Source: Phycisphaera mikurensis NBRC 102666 | GTDB lineage: Bacteria; Planctomycetota; Phycisphaerae; Phycisphaerales; Phycisphaeraceae | Assembly: GCF_000284115.1 (NCBI RefSeq) | Contig: NC_017080.1 | Coordinates: 3,330,001 to 3,362,000 of the forward strand | Direction: 5' to 3' | DNA: 32,000 nucleotides | Part shown: positions 17,653 through 24,326 of the stretch, in pieces | How the letters are laid out: each line of letters opens with the position of its first letter | How positions within the stretch are numbered: position 1 is the stretch's first letter | Made by a program: the position numbers and the translations under genes | The notes under the pieces: model-generated | What the model saw: the letters and a program-made list of their open reading frames with translations, nothing else | Databases searched by the model: none | Told to the model about the DNA's origin: nothing

Positions 17653-19493
17653 GCCGCCACCGCCGTTCGAGCCGCGTCCTCGCCCTCGTCCGCGGGCGGC
17701 GGACCCGGCGCGGCGTCCTCGCCGAACTCGTCGCGGTGGGTGACACGCAGCGCTTCCTCGAGGTTGCAGACGCCGGCGATCGCGAGGGCGACGCCCTCGT
17801 CCCGCAGCGTCCGGCCGCCCTGGGCCGCCCAGCGGCGGCCGATCTCCTGGGCGCTCGCGCCGGTGTGGATCCCCCGGCGAAGCGGCCCGTCGACGGCCAT
17901 CACCTCGTAGACGCCGCGCCGGCCGAGCATGCCGCTGTTGTGGCACTTCTCGCACCCGGTGCCCTGGCTGAAGGCGCCCTCGTGCGCGGGATCCAGCCCG
18001 GCGTCCTCCAGCGCCTCCGCCGGCGGCCGGTAGCGCGTGCGGCAGTGCGGGCAGACGGTCCGCACGAGCCGCTGGGCCACCACGCCGTTGAGCGCGGCCG
18101 AGAGCAGGTACGTCGGCACGCCCATGTCCAGCAGCCGGGTGACGGCACCCGGGGCGTCGTTGGTGTGCAGCGTCGCGAGGACGGCGTGCCCGGTGAGCGC
18201 GGCCTGCACGGCCGTCCGCGCCGTCGCCTCGTCGCGGATCTCGCCGATCATGATGACGTCGGGGTCCTGGCGGAGGATGCTGCGCAGCGCGCGGGGGAAG
18301 GACAGGCCGACCGCCTCGCCCACCTGGATCTGGTTGATGAAGTCCAGCTGGTACTCGACGGGGTCCTCCACCGTCATCACGTTCTTCTCGGGGCTCCGCA
18401 GAAGGTCCAGCGCCGAGTACAGCGTCGTGGTCTTGCCGCTGCCGGTGGGGCCGGTCACCAGCGTCAAGCCGTGGGGTCGCTTGAGCACGCCCATCAGCGT
18501 CTCGAGCTGCTCGTGGGTCAGCCCCAGCTCCTCCATGCGGACGCGGAGGTTCCGCTTGTCGAGCACGCGGATCACCAGCTTCTCGCCGAGCAGCGTCGGC
18601 ATCGACGACACGCGCAGGTCGATGTCGCGGCCCTCCGCCTTGAGCCGCACGCGGCCCTCCTGCGGCAGCCGCTTCTCGGCGATGTCCATCTTGCCGATGA
18701 CCTTCAGCCGCGAGACGATCGCGGCGTGCATGCCCGCCGGCGGGCTCATCAGCTCGCGCAGCACGCCGTCGACGCGGTAGCGGATCCGCGTCGCACGGCC
18801 CGCGGGCTCGACGTGGACATCGCTGGCGCCGTCCTTGATCGCCGAGAGCAGCGCGACGTTCACGAGGTTGACGATGGGGCTGCCCTCGACCATCCGCTCC
18901 AGCGTGGAGCCGGCCTCGATCTCGACGGCCTCCTGGTCGACCACCTCGACGTCTTGCTGCACGTCGGTCTTGGCGAGCTGAGAGAGGAAGGCGCCCACGT
19001 CGACGCTGGTCGAGGCGTAGCGCCCGATGAACTCCTCGATCTGGCCCTCCAGCGCCAGCACCGGCCGGATGCGGCAGCCCGACATCGCGGCCAGCCGGTC
19101 GATCGTGTCCAGCGACTGCGGCTCGGCCATCGCCACCGTCAGCTCGCCGTGCACGCGGAACAGCGGCAGCGACCGCAGCTTCCGGCACGCCTCCGGGCCG
19201 AAGAGAACCAGCAGCGCCGGGTCGATCAGGCCGTGCCGCAGCGTGATGGCCGGGACCGCCAGCGCCTCGCCGAGCACGGCGAGCAGCTGGCGGCCGGTGA
19301 GGACCTCCATGTCGATGAGCACCTCGCCGAGCCGCCGCCCGCCGCTGCGCTGGCGTTGGAGCGCCGTCCGCAGCTGCTCGGGCGTGATGGCGCCGGAGTC
19401 GACGAGCAGGTCGCCGATCCGGGGGCCGCTGCCGGCGGCCGGGGCGGCGTCCGCGGCGGCCTCCGACGGGTGCCCGGGGGAGACCGCTCTCAC
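17649..19493 (-). CDS. gspE: Type II secretion / type IV pilus assembly ATPase GspE/PilB
   Basis: The GTG at 19493 overlaps the STAS stop (GTGA). It has an N-terminal T2SSE_N-type domain (IGDLLVDSGAITPEQLRTAL...). Motifs: Walker A GPTGSGKTTT, Asp box MTVEDPVEY, Walker B PDVIMIGEIRD, His box LATLHTNDA. The tetracysteine motif is CPHC...CEKC. Confidence 0.93.
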   Translation of the reverse strand: MRAVSPGHPSEAAADAAPAAGSGPRIGDLLVDSGAITPEQLRTALQRQRSGGRRLGEVLIDMEVLTGRQLLAVLGEALAVPAITLRHGLIDPALLVLFGPEACRKLRSLPLFRVHGELTVAMAEPQSLDTIDRLAAMSGCRIRPVLALEGQIEEFIGRYASTSVDVGAFLSQLAKTDVQQDVEVVDQEAVEIEAGSTLERMVEGSPIVNLVNVALLSAIKDGASDVHVEPAGRATRIRYRVDGVLRELMSPPAGMHAAIVSRLKVIGKMDIAEKRLPQEGRVRLKAEGRDIDLRVSSMPTLLGEKLVIRVLDKRNLRVRMEELGLTHEQLETLMGVLKRPHGLTLVTGPTGSGKTTTLYSALDLLRSPEKNVMTVEDPVEYQLDFINQIQVGEAVGLSFPRALRSILRQDPDVIMIGEIRDEATARTAVQAALTGHAVLATLHTNDAPGAVTRLLDMGVPTYLLSAALNGVVAQRLVRTVCPHCRTRYRPPAEALEDAGLDPAHEGAFSQGTGCEKCHNSGMLGRRGVYEVMAVDGPLRRGIHTGASAQEIGRRWAAQGGRTLRDEGVALAIAGVCNLEEALRVTHRDEFGEDAAPGPPPADEGEDAARTAVAA

Positions 19494-19858
19494 AGGAAGC
19501 TCCTCGCGGCGTCTTCCGCGTCGTCGTGGTGGTCGAAGGCCTCGTGCTGGCCCGTGATTTCCAGGATCGTGGCGATGGCGGAGGTCGCCCCGCAAAGGCG
19601 GAGGGTGAGCCCGCCGTCCTCGAGCCGGCCGGCCGCGTCGACGAGCGACTCCAGGCCGATGCTGTCCAGGGCCGCAACGCCCGAGAGATCGACGACCAGC
19701 CGCCCCAGCGTGCGGACCTCCTCCTCGGCCAGGAGCTCCGCGAAGGAGGCCGCGGCCTCCCCGGTGAGCGACCCGCGGGGGGCGAGCACGGTGACCCCGC
19801 CGATCCGCTGCACGCGGGTGCCGGCGGGGGCTTCGGGTTGCTCCGCGGGGCGGCTCAC
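19490..19858 (-). CDS. STAS-domain protein (SpoIIAA/RsbV-like anti-sigma-factor antagonist)
   Basis: GTG start at 19858, 1 nt after the kinase stop. 122 aa: VTVLAPRGSLTGEAAASFAELL...LVVDLSGVAALDSIGLESLV...LRLCGATSAIATILEITG. The conserved phosphorylatable-Ser context DSIG is present. Confidence 0.8.
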   Translation of the reverse strand: MSRPAEQPEAPAGTRVQRIGGVTVLAPRGSLTGEAAASFAELLAEEEVRTLGRLVVDLSGVAALDSIGLESLVDAAGRLEDGGLTLRLCGATSAIATILEITGQHEAFDHHDDAEDAARSFL

Positions 19859-19859
19859 C

Positions 19860-21488
19860 TCAGGCGGCCCTCCGCGGCGCCGATTCGTCCGCGGCGTCCG
19901 CGCCGATCGAGCCCGCGACGCGGTGCTCCGGCGAGCCGCCCCGCAGCGGGATCCTCAGGACGAACGCGGCGCCGACGCCGCCGTCCCCGTCGGACACGGT
20001 CAGCGTGCCCTCGTGCAGCGCCGCCACCTCGGCGGCCAGCGGCAGCCCCAGCCCGGTTCCCTCCGGCTGCGCCTCGCCGGCCGCCGCGTCGTGCGTGCCG
20101 CGGAAGAACGGCTCGAAGACCTTCTCACGCTCCTCGGCCCGCACGCCCGGCCCGTCGTCGACCACCCGGACCTCCAGCACCTCGTGCGCCACCGCCGCGT
20201 GAACAACGGTCCGCCCGCCGCGGCGGCCGTACTTCACGGCGTTGCCCACCAGGTTGTGCAGCAGCATCGAGAGCTTCTCGCGGTCGCCCTGCAGCACCGG
20301 CAGGTTCGGCTCGGCGTCGAGCGTGAGCGTCTGCTCCCGCGAGGCCGCGGCGGCCCGGTGCTCCTCGACCACCTTGGGCAGCAGCGTTGCCCAGGCCACG
20401 TCGTCCGAGGCGGCTTTGAGGCTGCCCGCTTTGATCTGCGAGACCGAGAGCACCTCGTCGATGAGGCGGGCGAGGCGGAGCACCTCGCCGTTGACGTGGT
20501 TGAGGCACTCGGCCCGCTCGGCCGCGGCCTCGGCCCCGGGGGTGGTCCCCAGGTCGATCGCCCGCTCGGCGTGCAGCTGCATGTTCTGCAGCGGTGCCCG
20601 CAGCTCGTGGCTGGCCTGCGCCACGAAGAGGTCGCGGGCCCGGTCGGCCGCCCGCTGCTGCGTGACGTCCTCGAGCAGCAGCAACGCCCCGCCGCCGGCG
20701 GCGGCCTGGCCGGCCCGCTTGCCGCCGCCCGCGGCTGCGCGCAGCGGCCGCAGCGTCACACGCAGCACCGACTCGCCCGCCGGCCCGGCGGGCACCTCTG
20801 CGCTGCCGCCCCGCCGCTCGAGCCCGGCCGCCACGGCCGACGCCCGGCCGGCGATGCCCTCCTCCGCGAAGAGCTCCTGAACCGACGCCTCCAGCAGGTC
20901 GGCCCGCGGCCGACGCAGCAGGCGCGCCGCCGCGCCGTTGGCCCGCGTGACCCGCCCGTCGCCGCCGAGCACCACCAGGCCGTGCGGCACGGCGTCGAAC
21001 GCGGCCGGGTCCTCGCCGGGCGCGGCGGACGGGGCGGCGGCCACGCCGGCCGCGCCGGCCGCGCCACCGACGCCGCCGCCGGCGGCGATGCGGGCGAGCA
21101 GGCGGTTCCAGTCGGCCGCGGGCTTGGCCGAGGTCCGGGTGATCTCCAGCAGAGCCGGGGCGACGCGGCCGTCGGCGAGGTCGGCGACGGCCCGCACGAC
21201 CAGCGTCTGCGCCCCGCTGCGCCACGCCAGCACCCCCACCGCCGCCATCAGCCCCAGCCCCCCCGCCGCGACCCCGGCCGAGGCCGCCGCCGTCGCGCCC
21301 GCCTCCGCCACCCCGCCGGGCACGAGGTAGCCCGCCGCCAGAGCCGCCCCCGAGAGCCCCGCCAGCGCCAGCGACAGCCCCCGCCCGTGGCGGCCCGCCC
21401 AGGCCGCGAAGCCCGGCATCGCGGCCGCGGCCGCCGACGCCGACGCGGAAGCGGGCGTTCTCGGCTCGGCGGTCCTCTCTTGCGGCAT
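19860..21488 (-). CDS. Membrane sensor histidine kinase (2 TM, PAS, HisKA, HATPase_c)
   Basis: ATG at 21488. TM segments are LSLALAGLSGAALAAGYLV and GLGLMAAVGVLAW. A PAS-like region is FDAVPHGLVVLGGDGRVTRANGAAARLL. Kinase boxes: H-box FVAQASHELRAPL, N-box LHNLVGNAVKYG, G1 DDGPGV, G2 GTGLGL. Confidence 0.88.
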   Translation of the reverse strand: MPQERTAEPRTPASASASAAAAAMPGFAAWAGRHGRGLSLALAGLSGAALAAGYLVPGGVAEAGATAAASAGVAAGGLGLMAAVGVLAWRSGAQTLVVRAVADLADGRVAPALLEITRTSAKPAADWNRLLARIAAGGGVGGAAGAAGVAAAPSAAPGEDPAAFDAVPHGLVVLGGDGRVTRANGAAARLLRRPRADLLEASVQELFAEEGIAGRASAVAAGLERRGGSAEVPAGPAGESVLRVTLRPLRAAAGGGKRAGQAAAGGGALLLLEDVTQQRAADRARDLFVAQASHELRAPLQNMQLHAERAIDLGTTPGAEAAAERAECLNHVNGEVLRLARLIDEVLSVSQIKAGSLKAASDDVAWATLLPKVVEEHRAAAASREQTLTLDAEPNLPVLQGDREKLSMLLHNLVGNAVKYGRRGGRTVVHAAVAHEVLEVRVVDDGPGVRAEEREKVFEPFFRGTHDAAAGEAQPEGTGLGLPLAAEVAALHEGTLTVSDGDGGVGAAFVLRIPLRGGSPEHRVAGSIGADAADESAPRRAA

Positions 21489-21657
21489 GATCGGCGGGTC
21501 CGGTTGCCCACGGAAGCAGGAACGCCGCTGCCATCGGCACGAACGCAGCCCTCCTTGACGCGCCAGGCCGCCCCATCGGCCGCGCCGTGCCGCGGATCCC
21601 GCACGCCCGCTTGCCTCGGTCGGACCCGCATCGCACCCGGGTCCGCCCCGGCGGGGG

Positions 21658-21705
21658 CCCGCGGACCGTCGGCGGCACGAGCCGCCGGCGGCCGCGGTCC
21701 GCGGG
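21658..21705. repeat. REP-like palindromic hairpin, copy 2
   Basis: cccgcggaccg (21658-21668) is the exact reverse complement of cggtccgcggg (21695-21705), with a 26-nt spacer. It lies downstream of the MFS stop and upstream of the kinase gene. Confidence 0.6.
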
Positions 21706-21723
21706 ATGGGCTCCCTGCGGCGA

Positions 21724-21741
21724 CCCCGCCCCGGGGCGGGG
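21724..21741 (-). terminator. Perfect 18-nt GC palindrome directly after the MFS gene stop (terminator-like)
   Basis: ccccgccccggggcgggg is self-complementary and lies 7 nt downstream (minus strand) of the TAA at 21748-21750. There is no U-tract. Confidence 0.35.
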
Positions 21742-21747
21742 CCTCGC

Positions 21748-23058
21748 TTAGGCGTCCTCGGCCCGCCCGCCGCCCGCCGCCGCGAGGCGTCGCTGCAGGA
21801 AGACGAAGCCCAGCCACGACAGGAACGACAGCCCCGCCGTCGCCGCGAAGAGCCACGCCCCGATCCCCCCGAAGGCCGGCAGCCCGACCCGCTCCACCGC
21901 CGGCCAGCCCGCGAACAGGGCCGTCCCGAGGAAGGGCGCGAAGGCCCCCCGCACCCCCGTCAGCGTCTGGTGGATCGCCATGTACGTCGGCACCAGCCGA
22001 CGGTCGGCGAAGTCGTTGTGGCCCAGCTGCCACGCCAGCACCCCGCCGCCGCGCATGAAGCCCCAGCCCGCCGCCGCCGCGTACATCAGCGGCAGCGAGG
22101 CGAACCACGCCGCCAGGAACATCACCGACTGGTTCAGCACCCACGTCATCGCGTGCCCGATGCGGAAGCGCGCGATGTGGTTCGCGTCGAGCCGGCGCGA
22201 CCACCAGGGCATCGACAGCGTCGCGATCAACAGCGGCACCGCCGCCGAGATCAGCATGCCCTGCGTGTTCTGCGTCCGGGGGGCGACCGCCGCCAGGTGC
22301 TCGATCACCATCAGCGTGAAGGCGGTGATCGCCATCATGTTCGCCACGCCGCCGGCGAACTGGCAAGCCAGGTAGAAGCGGTAGACGCGGTCCTGCGCCA
22401 GCACCGACCACACCGTGTGCGGCTTCCCGGAGGCCTGCCGCGGCGCGTCCGCCTCGTGCGGCCGCCGCTCGTCGCGGAGCAGCCGCCGCTCGCCCCGCAC
22501 GCGCACCCGCCAGAAGCTGCGCACGCCGAGGAATCCGATCGCCGCGGCCAGCGGGAACACCACGCGGAAGCTCCAGGGGCGCCAGTCCAGCAGCGGGCCG
22601 ACCGCGAGCGGGACCGCCATGAGGATCACCGTCGCGGTGAGCACGAACTTCGTCGTGATCGTCGCGCGCAGGCTCCTCGGGAAGTTCATCCGCCAGATCG
22701 TGCTGCGCACGTTCACGACGCCCGCCAGCACCACCCGCGCCGCGACGGCGAGCACGACGAGCAGAGAGGGCCCCGGGCCCGTCGTCGGGAGCAGCGCGAT
22801 CGCCGCAACGAGCACCAGCGACGCCGCCATCAGCCACGAGGTCACCGCCACCTTCGGCTTCCCCCGGGCGACCCGCGTCCAGACCAGCGAGGTGAGATTC
22901 GCGAACATCGGCGCCGCCACGATCGTCGCGAAGCCGAGGTTCCCGACGCCGAAGACGTTCTTCGCGACGACCGCGATGACGCCGCCCTCGAGCAGCGCGA
23001 GGGCGAAGGGCACGGTCATCGCCGCGCGGATCTCGTGGTGGTACGCCTGCCGCGTCAT
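21748..23058 (-). CDS. MFS-type transporter (about 12 TM helices)
   Basis: Hydrophobic helices run throughout (VPFALALLEGGVIAVVAKNVF, FATIVAAPMFANLTSLVW, ...). The start is uncertain: ATG 23058 (MTRQAYHHEIRAAMTVPF), or GTG 23121 / GTG 23139 upstream. Confidence 0.7.
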   Translation of the reverse strand: MTRQAYHHEIRAAMTVPFALALLEGGVIAVVAKNVFGVGNLGFATIVAAPMFANLTSLVWTRVARGKPKVAVTSWLMAASLVLVAAIALLPTTGPGPSLLVVLAVAARVVLAGVVNVRSTIWRMNFPRSLRATITTKFVLTATVILMAVPLAVGPLLDWRPWSFRVVFPLAAAIGFLGVRSFWRVRVRGERRLLRDERRPHEADAPRQASGKPHTVWSVLAQDRVYRFYLACQFAGGVANMMAITAFTLMVIEHLAAVAPRTQNTQGMLISAAVPLLIATLSMPWWSRRLDANHIARFRIGHAMTWVLNQSVMFLAAWFASLPLMYAAAAGWGFMRGGGVLAWQLGHNDFADRRLVPTYMAIHQTLTGVRGAFAPFLGTALFAGWPAVERVGLPAFGGIGAWLFAATAGLSFLSWLGFVFLQRRLAAAGGGRAEDA

Positions 23059-23165
23059 CGGCGGCTGCGCGGCCGTGCGGAAGCCGGCCAGCGGGTTGGG
23101 CAGCGTTGCGGACCGGCTCACGGCGCACCGTAGTCCCACCGTGGTCCGCGGCCGTACAAGGGGGT

Positions 23166-23765
23166 GTGCCCGATCCCGCCCTGACGCCCGAGCTGCTCCT
23201 CCGCGCCTACGCCAGCGGCGTCTTCCCGATGGCGAGCGAGACCTCGGCCGGAGCGGTCGGCTTCTACGCCGCCGACCCCCGCGCCATCCTCCCGCTCGAC
23301 GGCGGCTTCCGGGTGCGGCGCTCGCTGGCGAAGCGGGTCCGCAACGGCGGCTTCGAGGTCACGGCGGACGCCGACTTCGCGGCCGTCGTCGACGCCTGCG
23401 CCGCCCCGCGGCGCGGGTCGCCGGGGACGTGGATCAATGCGGCCATCCGCGACGCCTTCGTGGGGCTGCACCGCCTGGGCCACGCCCACAGCGTGGAGGC
23501 CCGCCGCGGCGGCGAGCTCGTCGGCGGGCTCTACGGGCTCGCGCTCGGCGGCGCGTTCTTCGGCGAGTCGATGTTCTCGCGTTGTCCCGATGCGAGCCAG
23601 GTCTGCCTGGTCCGGCTGGTCGAGCGGCTGCGGGCCGGCGGCTTCGTGCTGCTCGACTCGCAGTACCACAACCCGCACCTGATGCAGTTCGGGATGCAGG
23701 AGATCCCCGCCGCGGAATACCAGCGGCGGCTGTCCGCGGCGCTGGAGGTCGACGGACGCTGGTAG
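23166..23765 (+). CDS. aat: Leucyl/phenylalanyl-tRNA--protein transferase
   Basis: Sequence LTPELLLRAYASGVFPMA...TWINAAIRDAFVGLHRLGHAHSVE...GGLYGLALGGAFFGESMFS...LLDSQYHNPHLMQFG matches the L/F-transferase family signature. GTG at 23166 is preferred. The ORF-track TTG at 23106 is possible. Confidence 0.85.
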   Translation: MPDPALTPELLLRAYASGVFPMASETSAGAVGFYAADPRAILPLDGGFRVRRSLAKRVRNGGFEVTADADFAAVVDACAAPRRGSPGTWINAAIRDAFVGLHRLGHAHSVEARRGGELVGGLYGLALGGAFFGESMFSRCPDASQVCLVRLVERLRAGGFVLLDSQYHNPHLMQFGMQEIPAAEYQRRLSAALEVDGRW

Positions 23766-23820
23766 CCGCCGGGCGATCTCCTGAGCGGTCAACCCGGTGG
23801 GCCGGGGCGCGAGCGCACGC

Positions 23821-24195
23821 TCAGGGCAGCACGAGCGTCTGGCCGACGTTCAGCCGGCCGGGGTCGATACCGGGATTGGCCGCGGCGATGTCTCGCCACT
23901 TGGTCTCGCTGCCGTACTGGCGGCGGGCGATGCCCATGAGCGTGTCGCCCTTGGCAACCGTGTACAGCCCGCCGGCGGGGCCGACGGGGGCGGGGGCCAT
24001 GGCCTCGGGGCCGGCGAACGCCGCCGAGCCGGCACCGGCGGCGGACCGGCCGTCCTCCACGGGCGGGAGCGCCACCGACACCAGCGGCCGCGGCTGGATC
24101 GGCTCCACCGGCGCTTTCTCACGCGGCGGGGCGACGCAGCCGGCGGCGGCGGAGAAGGCGACGAGGACGGCGGGCAGCAGGCGGGAGGCGGGCAT
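23821..24195 (-). CDS. LysM-domain lipoprotein
   Basis: Signal and lipobox are MPASRLLPAVLVAFSAAAGC. The C-terminal LysM is YTVAKGDTLMGIARRQYGSETKWRDIAAANPGIDPGRLNVGQTLVLP. Confidence 0.85.
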   Translation of the reverse strand: MPASRLLPAVLVAFSAAAGCVAPPREKAPVEPIQPRPLVSVALPPVEDGRSAAGAGSAAFAGPEAMAPAPVGPAGGLYTVAKGDTLMGIARRQYGSETKWRDIAAANPGIDPGRLNVGQTLVLP

Positions 24196-24326
24196 GGGCG
24201 GGCTCGGGCAGACGGAACGCCCGTGTTTTACCCGGCGGCGGCGGCGGGTGGATCCCAGCCCCCGCGGTGCGTGGGCCCATCACGCACGGCCGGCGCCCGC
24301 CGGTGTGGCTGCGCGCGGGGGACGCG

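Noticed and set aside
9617-19677. Long N-terminal extensions given by the ORF track for the secretion-locus genes (for example 16513..19677, 14999..17746, 14445..16352, 13873..15492, 13254..13979, 11118..12842, 10558..12207, 9617..11128)
   Set aside because: The extensions run through the preceding gene in another frame and encode Arg/Pro-rich junk. Recognisable domains and prepilin leaders begin right after the 4-nt overlap start codons.
21518-21533. Sigma-54-like promoter upstream of the kinase gene (minus strand TGGCAGCGGCGTTCCT)
   Set aside because: The -24 TGGCA and the spacing fit the consensus. However, the conserved -12 GC is CC, and no enhancer-binding-protein gene is in the window (the response regulator is receiver-only). 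This is too weak to call.
17736-22058. 1440-aa plus-strand ORF, and similar giants such as 11277..14864 (+), 3947..6199 (+), 6480..8921 (-), 26092..28269 (-), 2237..3541 (-), 2623..4320 (+) and 9572..11257 (+)
   Set aside because: These ORFs are antisense or out of frame to genes with clear family motifs (GspE, kinase, pseudopilins, sulfatase and others). Their translations are Arg/Pro/Gly/Ala low-complexity with no motifs. Long stop-free frames are expected at this GC content.
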